A program made the position numbers and the translations under genes. Shown piece after piece: positions 54,247 through 63,187 of a stretch of DNA of 64,000 bases; the first letter of the stretch is position 1, and each line of letters starts with the position of its first letter. This DNA comes from Candidatus Sulfomarinibacter sp. Lineage in GTDB: Bacteria; Acidobacteriota; Thermoanaerobaculia; Thermoanaerobaculales; Sulfomarinibacteraceae. The notes under the pieces were generated by a model, which was not told the origin of the DNA, made no database searches, and saw nothing but the letters and a program-made list of their open reading frames with translations. The stretch spans positions 1,571-65,570 of the forward strand of contig JBFFBV010000015.1 in NCBI GenBank assembly GCA_041560205.1, in the 5' to 3' direction.

Positions 54247-55083
54247 ATGTCGCTGCAAGGTTCTTTGAGCGAGCTCCCGCTGCCGGACGTGATACAACTC
54301 GTCAGCGTTTCCGGTAAGACGGGTGCGTTCGAGGTCCAAAGCGACGACGCCGAGGGCAAGATCTTTCTCAAAGACGGACACATCGTCGATGCCCTCGTCG
54401 GTCAGCTCCGTGGTGACAGCGCGGTCTACGAGATGGCCATCTGGTCACAGGGGACCTTCTCCTTCAACCCGGGAGAGCAGACCGATCAGGTCACCATTCA
54501 CGTGTCGAATGCCAGTCTCATGATGGAGGCGGCCCGACGCCTTGACGAGTGGCGTGTCCTGTCACGCAAGATTCCTTCGCTGGATCTGGTGCCGTACTTC
54601 ACCACCCGCGAGCAGGGCTCCGATCAGGTCACCCTGAGCCCGCAGGAGTGGATCCTGGTGACGAGGATCAACGGAGAACACACCATCGAGGAGATCGCCC
54701 GCGAGCTCAAGTGGGCGCCATTCGACGTGTCCAAGCTCCTCTTCGGAATGATCACCACCGGACTGGTCGCGCTCGGCAACCCGGGAGAGCCCGCGCTCGG
54801 CGCCCAGAGATGGAAGGTTGGACCGAGCCCGGTGACGCTGCTCGGTCTGGCCGAAAGAATCCGCTCGGTCGCGCTCGACGTTGTCGGTTCGGGGGGTGAA
54901 CGGACGATCGAGAAACAGTACACTTCTGCGCGAACCATGATCGAGCGGGGGGAGGGGTTCAACGCCCTCCGCGAAATGGTCGAGCAGCACACGAAGGCTA
55001 TCTCGCTGCTCAAGGGATCGGACACCGCAGCGATGTTCGACGAGCAGGTCAGGCCCTTGCTCGGCGAGGTGCAACAAAGTTGA
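54247..55083 (+). CDS. DUF4388-domain protein
   Basis: N-terminal GSLSELPLPDVIQLVSVSGKTGAFEV...IFLKDGHIVDA matches the DUF4388 pattern as I recall it. A central HTH-like segment and C-terminal helical region follow. Confidence 0.7.
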   Translation: MSLQGSLSELPLPDVIQLVSVSGKTGAFEVQSDDAEGKIFLKDGHIVDALVGQLRGDSAVYEMAIWSQGTFSFNPGEQTDQVTIHVSNASLMMEAARRLDEWRVLSRKIPSLDLVPYFTTREQGSDQVTLSPQEWILVTRINGEHTIEEIARELKWAPFDVSKLLFGMITTGLVALGNPGEPALGAQRWKVGPSPVTLLGLAERIRSVALDVVGSGGERTIEKQYTSARTMIERGEGFNALREMVEQHTKAISLLKGSDTAAMFDEQVRPLLGEVQQS

Positions 55084-55117
55084 GTCGGAACTCGTTAGAA
55101 ATATTGGAGGCACGAAA

Positions 55118-56350
55118 ATGAAATCGAGGGTCAGCCGGGCAGCGATCGCTGGGGCAGTGGCGTCGATTATCCTCGCAGCGACGGTGACGGCGCACGCGGA
55201 GTGGAACAAAGGCCTCGAGGCCTACAAGCAAAAGGACTGGGCCAACGCGGTCAAGGAGTTCGAGGAGGTCACCAAGACGAACCCGGACTACGCCGGCGGC
55301 TACTACATGTTGGGGGCCTCTCAGCGCGCCTTCGGCCAGTTGAGCCCGGCGATCGCCAGCCTTCGCAAGGCGGTCGAGCTCGACGGCAGCCAGGCGTCCT
55401 ACAAAATCGCCCTCGGTCAGGCCCTTTTGCAGGCGAACCAATACCAGAATGCCTACGAGCTCTTGAAACCGCTGAACCTGAGCTCGATGGACGCGTCGCA
55501 CCGTTCGAGCTACGCGCTCCTCTTCGCACAGGCCGCGACCAAGACCAATCGCCCCGGCGAGGCTATCGGCGTGCTGACGACTCAGGTACGAGCTGACTCG
55601 ACGAACTACCGCTTGCAGCAGGCTCTCGGCTCCGCCTACACCGCCAACGGTGATGAGGCGAAGGCCTTCGAGGCCTTCAAGAGGGCCTACGAGCTCAATT
55701 CCAAAGACGCCACCAGCGCCCGCAACGCCGTGCGCGCAGCGGTATCGGTCGCGCGGAGGTCGAGCTCGGATTCGAGTAAGGCCAACTACTACTCGCAGGC
55801 AGGTCAGATCGCGGACCGACTGGCCAACGCCTCACCGACTTTCGAGCACCAGCTCCTCGCCGGCGAGGCCTGGCTCGGCGCCAAGCAGTATCAGAAGGCA
55901 CTGGGCTGGTTCGACAAGGCGAGGGCGCAGCAGTCCAACAACGCGCTCGTCTACTACTACGCTGCGCAATGCAAGACGCAGATGAACCAGCTCAACCCGG
56001 CGATCGCCGACCTCCAGCAAGCCCTCAAGATCGGCGCCTCCGGCAAGCTCCGCAATCAGGTCTACAACCAAGGCGGTTACATCTACGACAAGAAGAAGGA
56101 ATACAACAACGCCATCCAGTGGTACCAGGAGGCCGGCAACAGCAGAATGGTCCGCGAGATGCAGGGGAAAAGGGATGCCGCTGCGCAGAATCTCCAGGCA
56201 CAACAGGAGTGCGCCGAGTTCAAGCGGAAGATCGACGCTCTCAAGCTCCAGGTCGACGAGCTCGAGAAGCTCGGTGACATCGAAAACGCCAAGCTGCTCC
56301 AGGAACAGCTCCCCGGTCTCGAAAAGCAGTACAACGAGAATTGCGGCTGA
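55118..56350 (+). CDS. Secreted TPR-repeat protein with C-terminal coiled coil
   Basis: Signal peptide ending AHA|E. At least six 34-aa TPR-like units (WANAVKEFEEVTKTNPDY..., etc.). Gln/Lys/Glu-rich coiled-coil tail. Confidence 0.8.
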   Translation: MKSRVSRAAIAGAVASIILAATVTAHAEWNKGLEAYKQKDWANAVKEFEEVTKTNPDYAGGYYMLGASQRAFGQLSPAIASLRKAVELDGSQASYKIALGQALLQANQYQNAYELLKPLNLSSMDASHRSSYALLFAQAATKTNRPGEAIGVLTTQVRADSTNYRLQQALGSAYTANGDEAKAFEAFKRAYELNSKDATSARNAVRAAVSVARRSSSDSSKANYYSQAGQIADRLANASPTFEHQLLAGEAWLGAKQYQKALGWFDKARAQQSNNALVYYYAAQCKTQMNQLNPAIADLQQALKIGASGKLRNQVYNQGGYIYDKKKEYNNAIQWYQEAGNSRMVREMQGKRDAAAQNLQAQQECAEFKRKIDALKLQVDELEKLGDIENAKLLQEQLPGLEKQYNENCG

Positions 56351-56370
56351 GCGCGATCCGTATCGACAGC

Positions 56371-56403
56371 AGAGCGCGGCTTTTGGGCCGCGCTCTTTTT
56401 GTG
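56371..56403 (+). terminator. Rho-independent terminator
   Basis: agagcgcggc-ttttgg-gccgcgctct (10-bp perfect stem) followed by ttttgtg, between the TPR gene and convergent ftsX. Confidence 0.8.
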
Positions 56404-56413
56404 CCCTGCGGCA

Positions 56414-57277
56414 TCAATTTTCGATGGCGTCGGCCGAGTGGCGCGCGAGCGTGACGACCGCGACCGACACCGGCAGAAGGACGCCACCCATCAGCTGCAG
56501 CACGAGAACCGCCGTCGGGAGCGATATCGGTGACAGGCCGAGGGCGGTCGTCAAGCGGGAGAGCCCTTCCACCGTCACCACCGTCCCGACCACCGAAAGA
56601 ACCCCGGCGACCACTCCGGGAACGGCAACAGCAACCAGGAAAGGTCCGCGCAGGGTCCCTTCGGTCGCTCCGACGAGACGCATGATCGTGATTTCGTCGG
56701 CATGCCGATAGAGCTCGAGATGAACCCACACCGCGGCCAGCAGGCACGCTCCCGCCAGCAGGACGCCGCTGACAACGCCGACGATCAGCGCCAGCCGACG
56801 CGCAACCCGGCCGAGGGTTTGTTGAATCGACGACCGGGGGCCGATCGCCAACACCTCCTTCCGCTCCCCGAGGACTGTCACTGCATCGGGATCCTCAGTG
56901 ACGATCTCGACCAACGGCGGCAGGCTTGCATCACCGGAATTCACCAGATCCTCGAGATAGGGAAACCACCGCTGCAGGCGCTCGGCCAGATCTTTGCTCG
57001 AGACCTCCGAGATCTCCCACTCGGGGTGCTCCATTGTGCGATCGGCAATCCACCGGTGTCGTTCGCCCGCGTCGACGTGCGGATAGAGCAGGACTGCCAC
57101 CGTGCTCTTCTCGGCGGAAAGGCCAACCACCGGACGCAACCAGGTGTGAATGGCCAGGCCGACGCCCGCCAGGGCAACGGGAACAGCGAGAGCGAGAGCC
57201 AGAACCACACTGACCGCCGCGCGCTGCCGCAGAACGACCAAGCCCTCCGACACGGCGTGCCGCATCACGGCGGCCAC
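56414..57277 (-). CDS. ftsX: Cell-division ABC transporter permease FtsX
   Basis: 287 aa with four TM segments and a large first periplasmic loop. Overlaps ftsE by 13 nt. Confidence 0.85.
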   Translation of the reverse strand: MAAVMRHAVSEGLVVLRQRAAVSVVLALALAVPVALAGVGLAIHTWLRPVVGLSAEKSTVAVLLYPHVDAGERHRWIADRTMEHPEWEISEVSSKDLAERLQRWFPYLEDLVNSGDASLPPLVEIVTEDPDAVTVLGERKEVLAIGPRSSIQQTLGRVARRLALIVGVVSGVLLAGACLLAAVWVHLELYRHADEITIMRLVGATEGTLRGPFLVAVAVPGVVAGVLSVVGTVVTVEGLSRLTTALGLSPISLPTAVLVLQLMGGVLLPVSVAVVTLARHSADAIEN

Positions 57278-57933
57278 ATCCCGTCGTAGTGGATCTGCCC
57301 CTCGTGCAGCACCAGCGTCCGCGCCGGGATCGACTCGAGAATGGCGTGATCGTGGGTGGCCACCAACACCGTCGCACCCTGGTAGTTGATGTCACAGAGC
57401 AGGCTCAAGAGCTCCGACGCCAGATCGGCGTCGAGATTGCCGGTCGGCTCGTCGGCGAGGATCAGTCGCGGTTGGTAGGCCAGGGCTCGGGCAATCGCGA
57501 CGCGCTGCTGCTCGCCTCCCGAAAGGGCGTCCGGAAACGCCGCCTGACGGTGCTGCAGACCGAGGCGGCGAAGGACCTTTATCGCGCGGCGATGGGCCTC
57601 TCGCGGGGCCAGGCCGTGGATGCGGAGAACAAAGGTGACATTCTCGAGCACGGTTTTCCGCCGCAGGAGCTTGAAATCCTGGAAGATCACCCCGATCTTG
57701 CGCCGCAGCAGCGGGAGCCGCGACCGCGACAGCTCGTCGACCCGCCGACCCGCAACCCAAACCTCGCCCTCGGTCGGGTGCTCGGCGGCATACAACAGAC
57801 GAAGGAGGGTCGTCTTGCCCGCACCGGAGGGTCCAGTCAGGAAGACGAACTCGCCCGCTTCGACCTGGAGGTCGAGGGCGCTCAGAATGGCGCGCCGGTC
57901 GTACTCCTTGGTCACCGATCGGAGGCGAATCAC
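57265..57933 (-). CDS. ftsE: Cell-division ABC transporter ATPase FtsE
   Basis: GTG 57933 gives an N-terminus VIRLRSVTKEY that aligns with the canonical FtsE start. Walker A GPSGAGKTT, signature LSGGEQQR, Walker B LILADEP. The longer ORF to 58383 is rejected. Confidence 0.88.
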   Translation of the reverse strand: MIRLRSVTKEYDRRAILSALDLQVEAGEFVFLTGPSGAGKTTLLRLLYAAEHPTEGEVWVAGRRVDELSRSRLPLLRRKIGVIFQDFKLLRRKTVLENVTFVLRIHGLAPREAHRRAIKVLRRLGLQHRQAAFPDALSGGEQQRVAIARALAYQPRLILADEPTGNLDADLASELLSLLCDINYQGATVLVATHDHAILESIPARTLVLHEGQIHYDGMWPP

Positions 57934-58023
57934 CGACTGAAACGCGCCCGCGCAACCGGTATTCGGGTTGGACCGTGATGCCTCACAACACCCCCCAGGA
58001 GGGCTCGATTGTATCATTGGGCC

Positions 58024-58785
58024 ATGGTCCCACCGGACGGGCTTGAGAACATCGGCGACGAGGACGTGCTCCGCCTCGAGGAGGAAGGGACGCAAATGCT
58101 CTTCGCCTTCGGTCCGCCTGGGCGCAGCTCGGAACCCGGCGAACGGATGGGTCGCCTCCTCGAGGGCATCGACCATCTGCGGGCAGTGCGGTGGGGCGAG
58201 CAGATTCACGGTCGGGTGGTCGCGACCCTCGCCGCGGAGCCTGGTCGGCACCTGAGGGACGCGGCCTGCGTGGGCCGATGCGACGCATTGATGACGGCGG
58301 ATCGGGGAGTTGGTCTGGTCGTCTGGAGCGCGGACTGTGTCCCGATCCTCATGGTCGGAGACGGGGTGGTGGCGGCCGTGCATTCGGGCTGGCGCGGGGC
58401 GGTGGCCGACATCGTCGGCGCGGTCGTGCGTCGCTTCACCGTCGAATATGGGGTCTCACCCGAGAATCTCCACGCAGTACTCGGGCCCGCCATCTCCGGG
58501 CCCCGTTACCAGGTGAGCACCGAGATCATCGAAAGGCTCGGTGCCTTCGACCTCGACGAGGCGCGTTGGCGGACGGATGATCACGTCGATCTCCGCGGTT
58601 TCCTCTGCGCCCGCTTCGAACGCCTCGGACTCGACGGGGCGGCGATCGTAACCGTCGGGCCCTGCACCGCCTCGACCCCCGAGCTTGCCTCCTATCGTCG
58701 CGACGGCAGCGCGGCGGGCAGGCAATGGTCGATGATTTACCGTGTGGACGAGCACCCACCCGGCGGTAGCGAGCGGCACCAGTAA
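58024..58785 (+). CDS. pgeF: YfiH/PgeF (DUF152, laccase-domain) protein
   Basis: MTADRGVGLVVWSADCVPIL and AAVHSGWRG motifs. Start is ATG 58024 or TTG 58009. Confidence 0.82.
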   Translation: MVPPDGLENIGDEDVLRLEEEGTQMLFAFGPPGRSSEPGERMGRLLEGIDHLRAVRWGEQIHGRVVATLAAEPGRHLRDAACVGRCDALMTADRGVGLVVWSADCVPILMVGDGVVAAVHSGWRGAVADIVGAVVRRFTVEYGVSPENLHAVLGPAISGPRYQVSTEIIERLGAFDLDEARWRTDDHVDLRGFLCARFERLGLDGAAIVTVGPCTASTPELASYRRDGSAAGRQWSMIYRVDEHPPGGSERHQ

Positions 58786-58818
58786 TCAGCAAGCGGATCG
58801 CTCACGCGTGCCGAGATG

Positions 58819-59907
58819 TCAAGCTCGTTCTGGTGGACTCAGGTCGGTGTTTTCGGTCTCGGGCTGAGGGCTGACCGCTGATGGCAGACGGCTTTTGAGC
58901 TGACCGCACGCCGCCGCAACATCCTCACCTTTCGACCACCTTACAGTCACCGTCAAGCCAGCGTCCCGCAAACTCGCGGCAAATCGATCCACCACCTCCG
59001 CTGCAGGCCGTCGGAGGTCCGGAAAGTGGTCTCGATCTTCGTTGAGAGGGATGACGTTGACCTTGGACGGAATTCCGTCAATGAGCCGGGCGATCGCGCG
59101 TGCATCGTCGACGGCATCGTTGAACCCGTCGATGACCACGTACTCGAAGGTGATCCTCCGTCCACGCTCGAGAGGGAACTCGCGCAGGGAGGCCATGAGC
59201 TCGGTGAGGGGGTACTTCCCGGCGATCGGCATGATGCGCTCTCGCCGAGCCTGGTCGGGCGCATTCAGGGACACCGCGAGCTTGGGCCGTCTTTCGAGTC
59301 CGGCGAGCCATCGGATCCCCGGCAGGATGCCGGCCGTGGAAACGGTGATCCGCTTGAGACTCACGCGTTCGCAAAGAGCTTCGAGGGCTGGGCCGAGATT
59401 GCCGGTGTTGAGGAGGGGTTCCCCCATTCCCATAAACACGATGTTGACGCGATCGATCTCCGCGTCGAGGTCACGCAGCATGGCTCGGTACTGACCCACG
59501 ATCTCCGCCGGTCGAAGGTTGCGGCCCGCACCCATGGCACCGGTCACGCAGAAGGTACAGCCAACCGCGCAGCCGGCCTGTGAGGAGAGGCAGAACGTCG
59601 CTTTGGGGCCCTCCCGCATCGCAACGCCCTCGACACCCACACCATCCGAGAGTCCGAAGAGGTACTTTCTCGAGCCGTCAGCACTCGATAGGACCTCGAG
59701 AACCTCGGGCTCTTCAATCGAGAACCGCGCCGCGAGCTCATCGCGCAGGGCCTTTGGCAGGTTTGTCATTTCAGCGAAGGTGGAGGCGTTGCGATCGATG
59801 ATCCACTGGGCAATCTGGCGACCGCGGAATCGGCGATCGATGTGGGGCCCGAGGATCTCGGAGATCGCCTCCGACGACTTCCCGACGAGGTTCGTTCGGT
59901 CGCTCAT
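58819..59907 (-). CDS. rlmN: 23S rRNA/tRNA m2A methyltransferase RlmN (radical SAM)
   Basis: ATG 59907. CLSSQAGCAVGCTFCVTG radical-SAM cluster, MGMGEPL, and C-terminal CGQL. Confidence 0.9.
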   Translation of the reverse strand: MSDRTNLVGKSSEAISEILGPHIDRRFRGRQIAQWIIDRNASTFAEMTNLPKALRDELAARFSIEEPEVLEVLSSADGSRKYLFGLSDGVGVEGVAMREGPKATFCLSSQAGCAVGCTFCVTGAMGAGRNLRPAEIVGQYRAMLRDLDAEIDRVNIVFMGMGEPLLNTGNLGPALEALCERVSLKRITVSTAGILPGIRWLAGLERRPKLAVSLNAPDQARRERIMPIAGKYPLTELMASLREFPLERGRRITFEYVVIDGFNDAVDDARAIARLIDGIPSKVNVIPLNEDRDHFPDLRRPAAEVVDRFAASLRDAGLTVTVRWSKGEDVAAACGQLKSRLPSAVSPQPETENTDLSPPERA

Positions 59908-59921
59908 CCGCGGGGCTACTG

Positions 59922-60329
59922 TCAGGGCCGCGAATCCTCGTCCGACTCGGACGGTGGAGGTGGCAGGAACTTGGTCGGCGACCGGTGACGCCCGGCCGAG
60001 ATGCCGATCGATGAAAGGAATCGAGCGTCGTCGACGCCGATCCGATACTCGGGAGCAGCCGCATCTTCTTCGACGTGAAGCCGCATGGTGCCCCGCCCGA
60101 CCTCCAACGAACCGTCTTCGCCGCAGACCAGGGATGTCTCCAGCATCATCACCGCTCGCCAGCCGTCTTCGTGCAGCTCCTGGAGGCACTCGCGGACGTC
60201 GTCCGAGCGCACGACCGTTGCGTGCAGGGCCTTTCCCAGCCTTCGCAGCAGCTCGTGCAGCCTTTGGGTACGCGACTCTTCCATCATCCTCCGCCTGAAC
60301 AACCTCGGATTCAGGCCTTGTCTTCCCAT
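59922..60329 (-). CDS. Hypothetical protein
   Basis: 135-aa ORF ending 14 nt before the rlmN start. Alternative starts at 60287 and 60284 (GGAGG adjacent). No family recognised. Confidence 0.4.
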   Translation of the reverse strand: MGRQGLNPRLFRRRMMEESRTQRLHELLRRLGKALHATVVRSDDVRECLQELHEDGWRAVMMLETSLVCGEDGSLEVGRGTMRLHVEEDAAAPEYRIGVDDARFLSSIGISAGRHRSPTKFLPPPPSESDEDSRP

Positions 60330-60373
60330 CCTACCTCATTGTCCGTGTGAAAGACCTTTGCTAGCTTTGGCTC

Positions 60374-61357
60374 ATGGCAACTGAGATCGGGCTGCCCGTC
60401 CCGTGGACCCGCCACGAGGTCCTGGTAGGTGACGCGTCCCATCGTCGATACGCGCGCATCTGGGACCGCCACGACCAGACAGCGATCCTGGTTCGCTACC
60501 CCGAGACGGTCCGGAAGCAGATGGTACGGGACCTCGAGGTACGGGCCTGGTGTGAGGCGAAGGGGCTGCGCGTTCCACGTCTCTTCGACCATTCAATAGA
60601 CGACGGATGGGCGGTGCTCGAAGACTTCGGCGCCCATGATGCGGAGGCCTTTCTCGAAAGGTTCCCGACCAAAGATCGTCGAGACCGCGCGCTCCCTTTC
60701 CTCGACCCCCTGGCCCACCTCGCGCGATTCGAGTCCTCGGACCTCCCCAGCTGGAACCCTCCCCTCGACGGCGAACGGATGCGGTGGGAGCTCGCCGGAT
60801 TCGAGCTGTGGTTTCTCCGCCATCGCCTCGATCGCCTGCCGTCACCGGCCATCGGGCGCTGGCTCGACGAGCTTGCCGAATCCATCGAAGCCCATCCGAA
60901 GCGGGTGTGCCACCGCGACTACCATCTCAACAACCTCTTTGTCCTGCCCGACGGCGAGACGGGGGTGATCGATTACCAGGACATTTTGATCGGACCGGAC
61001 ACCTATGATGCGGTGTCGCTACTGGGCGAACGGGGCATGCCGCGGCTGGTCCCCGAGGCCGCGAGGGAGCGGCTCCGGGAGGCCTGGGCGGGCGCCACCG
61101 CGGCGTCGACAGGCTGGATCGAGCGGTGGCGGATGGTGAGCCTGCAGCGAGGCCTCAAGGTCCTGGGCACCTTCGCGCGTCTGACGGCCACCGGTCTCAA
61201 CGTCTACGAGCCGTGGATCGGTGCCCAGATTGATGAGCTGTCAGCGCAGACGGCGGATGCAAATGCGCCTTCTGAGTTGGTGGACCTTCTGCTAAACTTG
61301 TCGCGGCGTCGCCACCGCACGAAGGACGGGAGCGATCCCGAGGTGGCGCCCGACTAG
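60374..61357 (+). CDS. Aminoglycoside-phosphotransferase-fold kinase (AmgK-like anomeric sugar kinase family suspected)
   Basis: Catalytic loop CHRDYHLNNLFV and metal-binding VIDYQD. 327 aa. Confidence 0.7.
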   Translation: MATEIGLPVPWTRHEVLVGDASHRRYARIWDRHDQTAILVRYPETVRKQMVRDLEVRAWCEAKGLRVPRLFDHSIDDGWAVLEDFGAHDAEAFLERFPTKDRRDRALPFLDPLAHLARFESSDLPSWNPPLDGERMRWELAGFELWFLRHRLDRLPSPAIGRWLDELAESIEAHPKRVCHRDYHLNNLFVLPDGETGVIDYQDILIGPDTYDAVSLLGERGMPRLVPEAARERLREAWAGATAASTGWIERWRMVSLQRGLKVLGTFARLTATGLNVYEPWIGAQIDELSAQTADANAPSELVDLLLNLSRRRHRTKDGSDPEVAPD

Positions 61358-61366
61358 GAGGTCGAC

Positions 61367-61564
61367 ATGTTCGGAACTCTGGGTCTTCCGGAGCTCTTGA
61401 TCCTGCTCGCGATCGTTGTCCTGATCTTCGGCGTCAACAAGCTACCAAAGCTCGGCAAGGGGCTCGGTGAGGGCATCCGCAACTTCAAGAACTCGGTGCG
61501 CAGCGAAGACAAGACGACTTCGGACGAGGGCGGTTCCGCGGCCAAAGACGCCAACAACGGCTGA
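61367..61564 (+). CDS. tatA: Twin-arginine translocase subunit TatA/E
   Basis: 65 aa. MFGTLGLPELLILLAIVVLIFG TM followed by an amphipathic helix (KLPKLGKGLGEGIRNFK). RBS AGGAGG. Confidence 0.9.
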   Translation: MFGTLGLPELLILLAIVVLIFGVNKLPKLGKGLGEGIRNFKNSVRSEDKTTSDEGGSAAKDANNG

Positions 61565-61604
61565 GAGGAGGCTTGCCGGGCGCTTCCTGCTATTCTGAAA
61601 TAGC

Positions 61605-62789
61605 ATGGTTGAGACCTCCTCATCGACTCCACCCGGCGTCCATTGCGTCAGCAGCGCCAAGCTCGCGCATTTTTTGAAGCGCGAACAACGGGCATCGTCC
61701 GTGACCGAGCTCGACCTCGACCGCATCTTCCGTGAGTTGCTCCAAAGGGCCAACGATTTCCTCCCGTCGGAGGCTGGGACGATCTATCTCGACGATCCGT
61801 TGGACGTCGACGAGGACGGCGGCCGCCTCTCGCTCGTCGTCATCGCCGGATTCGGCCCGAAATCGGAAGATCTTATGGAGGAGCGCTTCAGCACCGCCAT
61901 GGGCATCATCGGTGAGGTCTATCGGACGGGGCAGCCGTACTCCTGTTCAGAACCTCTCGCGGATCCGATATTCAGGAGCGGGCCCGGCCTCCGGATCGGT
62001 TTCACCATCGAATCCGTCGTCGGCGCGCCGATCGAGGTCGAGGGACGGACTATCGGAGTCATCGAGCTCATCAACCATTCGAGCGGCCAGGGTTACTCGG
62101 AGGCCGACCTCGCCCTTCTCGGCATCTTCGCTCAGACCATCTCGCTGTCGGTCGTCAATGCGATCGATGCACAGCGTGCCAAGGAGATCGCGAAGAGGGA
62201 CGAGCTCACCGAGCTCTACAACGATCGCTATCTCCACGGAAGCCTGTCGAAGATCATCGACGAGGCCGTGGCCTCGGGTTCGGAGTGCGGAATCATCTTT
62301 CTCGACCTCGATCACTTCAAAGAGGTCAACGACACGCATGGTCATCTCGTCGGCAGTCAGCTCCTGTCCAAGGTCGGAGCCACGCTCAAGCAGATCATTC
62401 CCGGCGAAGGGCTGGCTGCGCGCTACGGAGGTGACGAGTTCGTCATCGCACTGCCGGGAGCCGGCCGCCAGGAGACGCTGTGGGTGGCCGAGACGATTCG
62501 TCAGAACATCGCTGATCAGGCGTTTATCGTCAAGGCCGATCCCGACACGGCGGGGGAGGGACCGGATCTCCGCATCGACGGCGTCATCACCTGCTCGATC
62601 GGGATCGCGACGCTGCAGTCGGACATCATGCCCGCGCTCAGCGCGGAGAATGGCGACGCCAAAAAGGCCAAGGACCAGCTCCTCAGAAAAGCCGACACGT
62701 GCATGTACGCGGCCAAGGAGCTCGGGCGGAATCGCACCATCCCCTACTGGGAGCTCGCGCGTCTCCTCGCGACTGGCATCGAGGGGTAG
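61605..62789 (+). CDS. GAF-GGDEF diguanylate cyclase
   Basis: N-terminal GAF-like region. DELTELYNDRY, DLDHFKEVNDTHGH and RYGGDEFVI active-site motifs. Confidence 0.85.
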   Translation: MVETSSSTPPGVHCVSSAKLAHFLKREQRASSVTELDLDRIFRELLQRANDFLPSEAGTIYLDDPLDVDEDGGRLSLVVIAGFGPKSEDLMEERFSTAMGIIGEVYRTGQPYSCSEPLADPIFRSGPGLRIGFTIESVVGAPIEVEGRTIGVIELINHSSGQGYSEADLALLGIFAQTISLSVVNAIDAQRAKEIAKRDELTELYNDRYLHGSLSKIIDEAVASGSECGIIFLDLDHFKEVNDTHGHLVGSQLLSKVGATLKQIIPGEGLAARYGGDEFVIALPGAGRQETLWVAETIRQNIADQAFIVKADPDTAGEGPDLRIDGVITCSIGIATLQSDIMPALSAENGDAKKAKDQLLRKADTCMYAAKELGRNRTIPYWELARLLATGIEG

Positions 62790-62885
62790 CCGCCCTTCGC
62801 CAGCCCCAACCCGCGCTCGAATGTCGGGAAGATCCTGTCTGGTTCCTCGGTTCCCCCCCACGAGAACCGGCGGAGGTATGAGGCG

Positions 62886-63173
62886 GTGGACCCTTCAGAC
62901 AGAGCACAGGCTATCGAGGAAGCATTGCGCGACAAGCTCGGCGCCCAACACGTCGAGGTCATCGATCAGAGCGCCCTGCACGCGGACCACCTCGGCGCAC
63001 AAGGAGGCGGCGGGCATTTTCAGCTCGTGGTCGTGTCTGAGCAGTTTCGGGGCCTGCCGCCGGTCGCGGCGCAGCGTCTGGTGTACGGCGCCCTCGGGCG
63101 GCTGATGGAGGAGGAGATCCACGCCATCTCGATGCGCACCATCACGCCCGAGGAGTGGGCGACGCGCCGCTGA
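62886..63173 (+). CDS. bolA: BolA-family protein
   Basis: 95 aa with GTG start. HFQLVVVSEQFRG and IHAISMRT follow the BolA pattern. Confidence 0.8.
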   Translation: MDPSDRAQAIEEALRDKLGAQHVEVIDQSALHADHLGAQGGGGHFQLVVVSEQFRGLPPVAAQRLVYGALGRLMEEEIHAISMRTITPEEWATRR

Positions 63174-63187
63174 GAGACCGCTTCCTC

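Noticed and set aside
57934-58383. Long N-terminal extension of ftsE (372-aa ORF)
   Set aside because: The FtsE alignment begins at VIRLRSVTKEY (GTG 57933). The extension is Arg/Pro-rich and overlaps the divergent yfiH/pgeF gene.
59908-60189. N-terminal extension of rlmN (456-aa ORF)
   Set aside because: The extension is an Arg-rich translation overlapping the upstream hypothetical ORF frame. An RlmN-like sequence starts at ATG 59907.
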